From Ophelia neglecta (Eukaryota): a stretch of 64,000 nucleotides of DNA. Below, in pieces: positions 15,701 to 27,700 of the stretch. Positions within the stretch are counted from its first letter, which is position 1, and the number at the start of each line of letters is the position of its first letter. The stretch covers positions 65,844,001 through 65,908,000 of the forward strand of contig OZ260666.1 of assembly GCA_965285935.1 (NCBI GenBank), in the 5' to 3' direction. The position numbers and the translations under genes are program-made. Below the pieces are notes generated by a model that was not told where the DNA came from, did no database searches, and saw only the letters and a program-made list of their open reading frames with translations.

Positions 15701-18700
15701 ACATATTTGAATGTGTAATGGGATAGCTTATTAATTTTATCTAAAAATCATCAGCAAATTATTATTTTGCATGGTAATTTAGTTTGAAATTTATGTGGTT
15801 TGTGGACCATTACGTTATTCTTTGTGACATAGATCAGAACCCTTAATTCCATGAGCCTATTCAAGGCTGGATTTACTGAAAAATCACTACTGATATGAAA
15901 TTGTTAAAATCATAATCTATAATTATTGGAAGTATAGGTATAAGTGGCCTTGTGTCTATGAATTTCCAATTATGAAACAGAGTGTTTATGAGTATGGTTA
16001 CACATGTCAGTGTGTAACCAGTCTGATTTATTTGTCACATTGAAAAACACTTTAATCCTTTCAGTGTCATAGGCCACATTATCGCTATGAGACTACTGTG
16101 CCATAGGTGACTAGTGTTGACATTTTGATAAGTGTGAAAGGTGCCTTTGATGTGCTACCATGTAGTGGATGAGCATGATGTGTCAACTAGTCACCTATGG
16201 TGCTTAAATATACTGTCCACTAGTTTGTGATTTAAAAAAAACTATTCAAGTATTCTCTGTTGAAATATTCACAAGTAGGTCAAGAATTAAGGCTGAAAGG
16301 GTTGCCAAAACAAATCACAGCATGTCCATCATATAAATCTTGATAATGTTGAGTTCAATATGCTTGCAGCCTACCCAACATGTGGTCCTGACCAGTTTAC
16401 ATGTGCGAACAAAAACTGTGTTCCCAAAAGTTATGTTTGTGATGGCGACAACGATTGCAGAGATATGTCGGATGAGGTTGAGGCAACATGCAGTAAGTAG
16501 AGGGGTTGAGGCAACATTTTGTAAGCAGTAGATTAAGGAAACATGCAGTAAGTAGTAGATTGAGGCAACATGCAGCAAGTAGTAGGTTTAGGCAATGTTA
16601 AACAAGCAGTAATCAATCAATGGATTTAAACACAAATGTCAACCAAGAAATTTTCTCACGCAGGAAAATTTTGGGAACTATAATTTACCAAGAATTTTTT
16701 TTCAATAAATTTCTTCCATGAGTAAATATATAGAGTGGTTTGCTGTGTAATGTAGGGCTTCATAGGAAAATGGCATATATAGAAAACATTCGCATCTGGA
16801 ACATTTTCACAAATAATGTAAATATTGCAAAATTCCTTGCTCAGCAAAAATTCCTGATTTAGATTAAAACATTTTACTCTAATAAGCATAGGATGTGATT
16901 GTTAAATATTTGGTTAAAAAGGGGAAATTGTTATTGTTTTACACAACATACAAATGAAGGTGTTGAATTTATATTGCAAAGTATTTCATCTTTAGAAATA
17001 TGGTTTTGTTCAGCAGTGGTAAGGCTGGGGTTTGGCTGTCACCATCACATAGCCAAGAGGCATTTAATTTAATGCGTCACTAGTGTACTCCCAAATTAGA
17101 ACAAAATTCCCTTTAAATAAAAATGTAACTAGCTTAACCTGGGACTATAAACTGTTATACATCATTTGTTTTTTACAGTGGATCCTAAATATACATGTTC
17201 TGTTTTTGCAATGACTCCTAAAAATACATGTTCTATTTTAAAAGTGACTCAAATATACACATTCTGTTTTGCAGTGACTCCTGAACCTACCTGCCCAGGG
17301 GGTCAGTTCAGATGTTTGAATGGTCAGTGTATCCCATACCAGTTTGTATGTAACAAAAACACGGATTGCACTGATGGATCAGATGAACCTCCACATTGCT
17401 GTAAGTAACAAACAACCACAATCTGTTACAGGCCATCAATATAGAATACAGGGTTAGTGTATTAACATCTGCCCACAAAGTATACTTTTTAAGAAAAGTA
17501 ATGTTAGTAGTTACTAACAGGCATATTTCAAAAGAGTCTCTCAGCCGATCTAAAATATATGTATAAAGAAACTTTTGTTTTCATTGAGAACAAAATAAAA
17601 ATACTTCATAGATTGAAAATATTTCTGAAAAATTTTCAGAAAAATTTCTGATGAAAATGTTCTGAGAAGTTTTAAATTATAAATTCAAAAACAACTTTCC
17701 AGACATACTAAAATAAACTTGAAGTATAATTAAAACATAAATATCATAAGTGCTGGTTCTATTATGTTTTGAAAGTATTTCTCAAAACATTTTAGTTTAA
17801 ACACATTTTGGTTTCAAAAAGGTACAATAGAGGATGCTTTGAGATTACCATAGGGAAGTGCTTATAAAGTTTACTTGGAAAATATATCTTATGAATATTA
17901 AGTTTATTTCCATGCTATTTTATTATTAAATAAAGTGTTCATTAGATTTAAACTGTATATTCTCTTAAGTTTAAAAAAGTAACATTTACATTTTATTAGC
18001 ACAACTTACTGAAATGTCCCTGTGGTTAATGGATATCACTCCTTCTGTATAATTCCTCATTGCTATTCAATTAAATCTAGAAAATTATCAGGAAATTTCT
18101 CATTCACAACAGTTCTTGCATTCTAAGTTTCTAGAATTGGCAACTCCTTGGTTATTTACTGTTTTTCAAGGCCAAAGGCTTCAACCCAATTGTTGCTTTA
18201 CAAATCACAGCCTCCAGCTGTGTGGATGTCAACATCATCTACAGTTTAAACTCCTTGCAATGATCTTATGTCTATAGTTCATTTTATATTCATCCACTTC
18301 AAACTGAGCTTGGAAAACCATTACCCATGGTGATTTGGTTTTCTGCACATAAAGACAGGCTTCTTATTCTTATTTTCTATTTGCTCAACACACAGTGTTC
18401 TTATTGTATACCTTATTGGCGAAATTCATCCTAACAGTTTTATTGACTGTATAAATAATATAATGTTGCTAATATTTACCCTGTTTAAAATATTACAGTT
18501 GTTAATGAATGTACCGACCCCAGTGCAAGAAACCCATGTGAACACAAGTGTGTGGATACCATCACCTCCTTCTACTGTGATTGTAATGATGGCTTCAAAC
18601 TCACCACCAACAGGAGAACTTGCAGGGGTAAGTACAGGGCATTGAGCATAGTTGTTGAAGAATGTGCCAAATTGACTGGTTGCCCCAGGGGCAAGTAGTA

Positions 18701-21700
18701 TACGGTTTCAAGTTGCCCTGCAAAAAGTTTTACTTGCCAATGCCCTTGGATGATTTTAGATCCGAATCCAAGAGTCTCTAGACTGTTCCAATTTGCACAA
18801 ATAACGTTTGCCGTTATCCAGTTCCATTGGCACATGGATACCACATTGCCTACTCGTGACCTAACACTGCAAGAAGGAAGGATGTTAAGTGTATAGCCAG
18901 TTATGGGAAGATTTATGCAAGGACTTCTACTGATAATCTTAAATTTGATAATACACTGTTTAAGGACTGTTTTTAGATGTTGACATTTGGATATATATAC
19001 ATGTGGTCTGAGATGTACTTGGAGCCTAAATGCAAGGTTAAAAGTCCAGTATGTAAAAATGTTATTAAAATGCACTCTTTTATTTCCTTTAAGATATAAA
19101 TGAATGTACTGAGGTACCAGGAGCCTGCACACAGGCATGTGAGAACACGCAGGGAGGATACTTCTGTAAGTGTGTGGATGGATATGAAAGGTCCGCTGAC
19201 CAAAATGTGTGCAAGAAAACTGATGGTGAGTAACCATTGGAATTAAAATTATTTATTGTGTATTAATTAAAAAGTCCACTATACCCATAGTGTTTTCCAC
19301 CACATTACTCCTGATGAGCAGGAACATAACTGCTTCTCTATTGGTAACAATAGTGGACAAGTTCTATAAAACCAGATTGATGTTATATTCCTGATGGTAT
19401 ATTAACTAGGTAAATGAGTGATATTCCTCGCTATTATTGTTCTTGTCATAAATCAGGTCACATTTCTAACTGACAGCCCAGCAGTAGGATAGGTTAAAGC
19501 AATACTGTTCAGCCCCTTGTCATATATCACAGAGTACTTATTAATTTAACGCCCCATTTTTGACATTGTTTTCTGTAACAGTACTGATTACTGAAAGCTC
19601 ATTGATTATTTTTAATTTTACATAGATATTGAGCCATGGTTGGTATTTAGTAACAGATACTATATACGAGAGCTGAGCATTGATAGCAAGTACTACAATC
19701 TAGTCTACCAGGGTCTACAGAATGTTGTTGCTTTGGACTTTGACCACAAGGAACAGAAAATATACTTTATCGATGTAACGGTGTGTATCAGCAAAGAGAA
19801 ATGCTCTTTTTGATTATTTAATAGCTCTGGAATTGTAGGAAAAATCACAGTTTTGTTATATTTAGTAATTTATGCAATTTTCAGACTTTGGTAGCTTACA
19901 CTTTTTGCACAGGCCCCCTGCATGAATCACCTGCTTCGCTTTTTATATCTATACCATTGATGAATGTTGCAACAAAGCTAACTATTTCATATCTCTATTC
20001 AAAACCAGCTACTCAGTATCCTTTGTGAGAGGATAATTATTTGGTAAAACTTTTGACCTACATGTATATGAAAAGGCTGATGCCAGAAATCATGCTTATG
20101 GAATTGTCACCCGTAAACTATTCCTAAAAATTGACTCTAGTTTGAAAAACAAAAAAAAGAACATCTAGCTTGCTGCCTAATAGATTCCCATCAGTGGAGG
20201 TTGGTTTTGAATCAGATGGCTAGGAAGTTTTTATACCCATGACACACTGATTTAAATTCCTTGATTAAAAAGGACAAACATGTGTTTCCACAGGCTCGAA
20301 AGATACAGCGCATCAGTTATAATGGAACTAACCTGGAAACTCTGGTCTGGCACAACCTGGCTAGAGCTGAGGGACTGGCAATAGACTGGGTTGGAAGGTA
20401 AGATTAGAGGCAAGAATTTGACAATACACTGGGTTGGAAGGTATGAAATCGACAATAGACTGGGTTGGAGTAAAATTAGAGACGATAAACTGAAAAAAGA
20501 CTGGGTCGGAAGGTACGATTAGAGACTGGAAACTGAAAATAGACTGGGTTTGAAAGTAAGATTGTCGACAAGAAACTGGCAATAGACTGGGTTGGAGAAG
20601 ACTAGAGACAAGAAACTGACAAAAGAATGGGTTGGAAGGTAAGATTATAGACTAATAGACTGGGTTAGGAGATGAGGTAATAGCCAAGGGACTGGAAATT
20701 GGCTTGGTTGGATGGATTTGGATGTTTGGGGCTTAACGACACATAGACACCATGTGGGTCATTTAGTGTATTAAGTTAGGTATAGTTTATTGTTCTCTGT
20801 ACTGTCTATTTTTATTTGCATGGGGATATTCGTAAGAAGTAAGAGCTAAGGGATTGACAATATATTGGTTTGGGTGGTGAGTGTATAAGGCTGAGGGACT
20901 GATGATAGACAATGTGTACTGAAAAAGAACTCTTGAAAGAACTCTTTGGACTTATCAATTAAAAGAAAAAGTCAGTTTTCTAGCTTAAAATCTCATGGGT
21001 ATTATTATTGAAATATTGAAGTTTTGAATTTTCAGAAAGATGTACTGGGCCGATGCCCAACTTAATGACATATTTGTATCAGAATTGAATGGGACTCGGC
21101 AGAAAACCCTAGTGAAAGACGGCCTTACGAACCCCCGAGCCCTCGGGGCCCACCCTGCCGCTGGGTAAATATAATTCTTACAAAATTGTGCCTTGCTTTT
21201 TTTACAATCAGTACTGTTCTGACCCCATTTTAACTAACAAATCTACATTATTTATGAAGGTGTGTGCAATCACGTATATGTATGCCAAATTAAGCATCCT
21301 CCCACAATCCGACCAGACGTGGCTGTTTAGTACAATTGCAAAACCATTTAAACCAAAGCAAATAAAGCGAAATATAGGCTTTGCAAGTTTTACAAGCATC
21401 CTTTATTTTGTAAAATAGGAATGTATTCTCAAAAGCAAATGTGTTGTTTATTGTTAAAATAACAATATTTTTTGCAAATAAAAGTGACATCAAATTGCAT
21501 AATCTGGAGGTCTGTTTCATTTTCATAGACAGTTAAATTTGTTTTCAATTTGAGATTTGAACTTATTGGTTGAACTTTATATGCTGTCATCAGCAGGTGG
21601 TGGCAGTTGCCTTGTTTCCTGCCATAATTTTCTCATTGATGATGGAATTTGATTTTTTTCTGTTGTAACCACTGGATCCTAACTGTCAGGACAAGAGAAG

Positions 21701-24700
21701 CAACCTGGTGGTTGGTGCAAGCAATTCACATCAATTGCCTTTATGCTGGGGAACTTCTTAGGGTTTTAGAATGTATGTTCCAGTAATTTAATAAGGCTAC
21801 TAACTGGTCCTTGTTCTCTGCTTGGCTAACTTAAGAAGCATTTTTAGTTTTGACATATGCTAATGCAAGATTGGGCGGAATTGCCCTTGTGCTTTTAAAT
21901 AGGGAGATGGGATAAGAAATTAAGAAAAACAAGTGGAATTACATCTTTTTTCAGCTATATTTCCTTAGTTTGAATGGGATAGCTACCTGGTATAATAACT
22001 TGATTTTCTGTCTGTGTAGCTTCCTATTCTGGACAGACTGGGGACTGGCTGCCTACATAGGGAGGATTGGTCTAGATGGTTCTAACAGGACCAAGATTAT
22101 CACTGACAAAGTGAGCTGGCCCAATGGCTTGACTGTTGACTACATCACAAACAAAATATGGTGGACGGATGCCCATCTGGATTATATAGAGTAAGTATTT
22201 TGCAAAATGTCCAATGATCCTATTACGGTGAATGCAAAATGATTGTATTCAGTTACATTTCATACAAAACAAAAATTTACTAATTTAACTATACAGCTAA
22301 TGTAAGATATGGTAAAATCTGCCAAATGTAAGATATAGAGTATTCAGTCAATATTAAGCCTACTTAAATATTCTAACAATTACAAAATATTCTTATATTC
22401 TTCACAGATTTGCAGACATGGATGGAAAAAACCGTCACCAGGTGCTATCTGGCACCACAGCCCACCCATTCAGTATCACCATCTTTGAGGAATGGATGTT
22501 CTGGACTGATTGGAACCTAAAAACTATAGAAAAAGCAAATCGCTTCACTGGAGAAAACAGAGTTATCTTACAGAATACTACTCACAGACCCATGGACATT
22601 CATTTAGTTCACCCTCTCCGACAGTTGCCAGGTAACTACAACCTACAATTGCTATTAAAATACTATGCATGATACATTGCCTGACTTCCAGGCATATGAA
22701 ATTTATTATTTTAATCATTTGTTCAAACTGCAAAAAACGTTGTCTGTGTTGTTTACATTTGCATACCTAACCTTGATTTATTGTAATATAAATATTTTTT
22801 GTTAGTCGAATGCCTGAAAAGATCAAATTTCAAGGGTTATCTTTTGTGCCTTTGCAACACCTCCTGCTTTTCCGACTGATTTTTAAAAAGACAAGTAGCC
22901 CTGGTGTCCAAATTATTGATCAATGGGATTATCAATCTGCAGGTTAAAATGGGCATTTGTCCTATTCACTGATACATATTTTATCTAATCAAAACTCTCA
23001 CCTTGAGGTCTTTTGGAATCCAATTAAGGATTTAATCAGGCTTGGGGAGGGCCAGTAAACAATTGCTGACTTTCCTTTAGACTGCTTGTGTGCAAGTTCT
23101 AGTTGCCATTGTTGTCACACCTACACAATAAAAGACTGCAATGGCTTAGTCATGAGGGCTAGGGGCCATGTACTTCATACTGGTATAATATCATATGTTG
23201 ATGCATGTGTTCATTCACAATAAAAATGTACCTAGTTCACTTTACAAAAGTAAAATTATGTAGCACTATCACATCTTATCAAGTTCTCAGATTTGAACTT
23301 AGTGTTCATTATCAAGATCAATTACAGAAGATGATGATAACAGCCTTTATTTTAGCAGTTAAAGCCTAGAAGTATGTTAGGAACTCATAGGAGACCACAT
23401 TTTTTCATCTCATTGAGTTCTCCAATTTTACCATGGTGTTTATTTCTAAGGTCAAATTACCATAATAATGATTTCTGCCTTTGTCTTAGCAGCAACAGTC
23501 TAGTACTTCATTCATAACCTATATAAACCAATTATTATTTTTTATTTTTTTGCATACGTTTTTTAACACATTGTTATGAAATGTTTTATTTTATTTTGTT
23601 TTATGTTTATTTACTGTTGGGGACCTGGAAATTTATTTATTAACACGTGTGGTAATGTGGCTGCTGGATCCTTATGAGTTTGGATCAATTAAATTGACTA
23701 TTTCTGGTTAATGATATAGTTTTGTCTGTGGGACATTCACTCCCGCATGTAAGTATTGTTATTTAAACTAAAGTAGTCCTTTAATCGGCTTTTTCTGTAT
23801 TGTTTTACTTGCAGGGAACACATCATGTAAAAACAACAATGGGGGTTGTAGTCACCTGTGTCTGATAGCACCAGGGGGCACCACTCACACATGTGCCTGT
23901 CCTGAGTTCTTCATCCTTGCTCCAGACAAAAGAACCTGCATTGCCAACTGTAGTACTAGCCAATTCAGGTAAGCAACGTTGACAAGGGTATAATTCCAAA
24001 TTAGACTAATAATATTGCCTTAAACTGTGAGTGGGAGGAGGTAGAATGTTGAGGAGAGGGGAGAGAGGAGGGAGGGGTGAAAATGGAAGGTGCTTTTTCT
24101 ATTGTAATTGATTCTTCCCTAGCTGGCACTGGCATGCTATTGACAATAATGTAAATGACCCCAGTATAGGGCTAAGATAACATCAGTGTCTGCATTAAAA
24201 CAGAGATCTTAACATGTTTATAATAGATGTGGAGTGACAGATGATCGTTGTATCTCCCTCCTGTGGAAGTGTGATGGAGAGAAAGACTGTCAAGATGGCT
24301 CTGATGAACCCAATGACTGTCGTAAGTATCTTGTTTTGGTTTCATCTAACAAGTGTATTTGGTAATCAAAATAATATACATGTACAAAGAGTCAAATAAT
24401 ATCACATGGGTCCTTTCAACTGATAAGGTCAAATCTGGTTCAGTACATGTGGGTAAACCTCCTTTCTAGATGCATGAATAGGCACTTTATTGAGACACAT
24501 CCGTTTTTCATCCTTGCAACACTGCCCCCTGGCCAGGTTATTGAGGTTTATATCTGTAGTTCAACCGTGTATCACTGCATCGCTTGGCTGGTTGGTTGGT
24601 TCTGTGGGATTTTTACATGTCTATCAACACTTACATGTCATATCGCCACAGTGCCTACTTGTGACAGTGGGCTCAATGCCCTCTTTAGAGCATTTCCTTA

Positions 24701-27700
24701 CTGGAGTACCTGCCATAGACACCAGACAGGGAATCCCACCAAGTCACATAATACTGACATCGGGTTGACCAGTCCTGATACTACCCCAGAAATACCAGGC
24801 GTCTGGAAGGGGAGCTATCAGTACCTATTTTTACGTCTTTGTGTTTGCCCAATTGGGATTTGAATCCGATATACCAATTGCGAGGCGAACACCCTTACCA
24901 CTCGGCCACTCTTTGGTGGTCAGCTTGGGACAGAGATTATATGAGCACAGGCAAAATCCCCTGACCAGTTTATCTAGATATATATCTGGATTTCTGCCAT
25001 ACATCACTGCCCCCTTGGCCAGTTTACTAATATGAAGTAATATATCTGTACTTGAGCTGCTCCTTGCCGCCCCCTTGGGCTGTCTGTTGGGTTGTACGGG
25101 TATACTTGGTTTTCTTCAGTGTGTCACTGCCACCTCCCCCCTCCCCACCCTCTGCAAGTACACTGAGAAGTTGATATCTGTATCTGTATTTCAGCCCTGC
25201 ATCACTGCCCCCCTGGCCAGTTTAATGATATCTGTATCTGTATTTTTCAGCCGTGCGTCACTGCCCCCCTGGCCAGTTCCAGTGTGACAACCTGAACTGT
25301 ACCTTCCCATTTAAGATGTGTGATGGCACAGATGACTGTGGGGACCAATCTGATGAGAAGGACTGTGACTCTCGCCAGTGTGAGCCATGGCAATTCAGGT
25401 AAATCAGTCATTGCTGTATTTGTTTTAATAGAATTTAATTGAAAAATAATAGACTTGGGGATACTTGTGGTATTGAAAAAACAAAGTTCCTTTTATGAGA
25501 TGTTCTTTAATAATGAGCATCCGAAATTAGGCTTTGGCCCAACCTTATTCTAAAGTAGGAGTGCATCCTTTATTAGATATGAGTCTTTTTTAGACTATTT
25601 ATGTTACTTGAAAAAAGACCATTCATTCTCATAGGATTGTGTTTTTCTAATTTTTTTGAATGTCTAGTAGAAAATAAGATCAATGGTTTTATCATTAGAA
25701 TGTATTGATTAACTTTGTGTGTTTGTTTATTGTGTTGTATTTTACTTTTAACATGTACATGGTTACTTAAGCTGCATGTCCATCTGTGCTTGAAGCCACA
25801 GCCACATACATCTGTGCCTTGGGCATGGAGGGTCTTTGGCTTGAAGCACAAAGGGACAGAGGGACAGTATTCAGACTCTATGTACATGTAATAAATATGT
25901 ATTTCTTTTCATTTTTTGGTTTGTTGACAATGAAAATTTCATTACCTTTAACTGTTGTATTAAATGAGCAGAACCAATTTTTATTTTCTCTCTTTAGCCT
26001 TCAAGTTAGATTCTTAAAAAAGTAGTATGAATAATCTTTTCTTTATAGATGTGGTAATGGGAAGTGTATACCCAAGGCATGGGCTTGTGATGGTGAAGAT
26101 GAATGTGGTGACGGTAGTGACGAAAGTCCTAAGAATCATGATTGTCGTAAGTGTTAAAGTTGTCCTCCAAGTAACCATTATTATCAATGCCTCACCTAAA
26201 ACCCCTACATGTAGATGTCCTACCACACTGTGTACATGTTATTTTATTTTTTCTCCCCAGTAACACGGACTTGTGATCCTTCCACCCAAATGACATGTGC
26301 TAATGGCCGCTGTGTTCCTCAGACCTGGCAGTGTGATGTAGATGATGACTGTGGTGATAATTCAGATGAGGAGCCCACCCAGCAATGTAGTGACCGGCCT
26401 TGTCGTACAGGCTGGACGCGCTGTGCGACCAACTACCGCTGTGTGCCTAACTGGACCCTGTGTGATGGGTCTAATGACTGTCGAGACAACAGTGATGAAC
26501 AGCCAGATAAATGTCGCCCATGTCATCCTACTGGTCAGTTTTGTTGCATTCATAAGTATTGTTTGAAGAAGAAAAATTACATTTTACTGGATTTCAATGT
26601 TGACATACAGTGACCCTGGTAATAGAGACCACTGACAGGCCTGATTATGGAGGTGGTCTGTTTAGTTAGGTTAGTTAACATTGAAAGGGTACATGATGGT
26701 ATATATAAGTGGTCTTAATTGACAGGTTTTTGAAAAGAGAGATGGTCTTAAGGCATGTTTCACTGCATTTCAATAAATATGATTACAGTGACATTAGCAA
26801 AAGAGGACCATTCAATCAGTGTGTTAAAAAAAAAATGGCCATATATACAACAGTTTGTAGACTGCTTTAAGTTGTGCTAATCTTCAAAATCACACCACTT
26901 CCTTTCTCTCTGGGTATATTCTGTGCTTGATTGTGGTATTTTGTTGTTACAGCAAAAATAACCTATAGACTTTTAGATATAAAACTGAATAACTTATACC
27001 AATGAATTACAATTGAATTCTATCTCATATTTGTTGGAAAAGTCTGCTGAAAATGATGGAATGCTTTATTTTGTATGTTGTAGGTGACTTCCACTGTGCC
27101 AATGGGAGGTGCATCCCCCTCAGGTGGAGATGTGACTTTGATAATGATTGTCGGGACAACAGTGATGAGGACATGGCTATGTGCTGTGAGTATAACTCAA
27201 TCTCTGGTGCAAAAAACCAACACTTCATAATTTGGATGGGAGGGCAATAAGAAATCAGTTTTGAAAAAAATACAATTCATTCACTTTTTTCCTGGGGTTT
27301 TTATTGCTAATTGAACCGCAACAATTAAAAGTCAAAGTATTTAAAGACGTTCCATCTCTAATTTTTTGGAGGCCAGCTTTGACACCCAAAGCTTAAGTAA
27401 CTTGAATAACAAATGTCAATCTACCTGTAATTACCATTTCCTTGATGGGTTACTGTAGGTTCAAACCATTGACAATGAAAATACACATTAAAACATCTCT
27501 CCATCTTCAGTGCCTCTGTACAGGGCTTGTTCCGAGTCGGAGTTCCGCTGCAAAAACCAAAAATGTATTCAAGGTAAATGGCGCTGTGACCATGACAATG
27601 ACTGCGGAGATGGATCAGACGAGGAAAACTGTGGTAAATAGATGTCTCTTGTAAAATGTAGCTCAGGGAAAACTTTCATCACAGACTAACTATGAATATG

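Noticed and set aside
20362-20910. CRISPR-like repeat array
   Set aside because: Eukaryotic intron; the units are degenerate head-to-tail copies of the exon end with no unique spacers and no cas genes.
24447-24863. ORFs with similar peptides at 24447, 30152 and 44146
   Set aside because: They overlap three copies of the same non-coding SINE.
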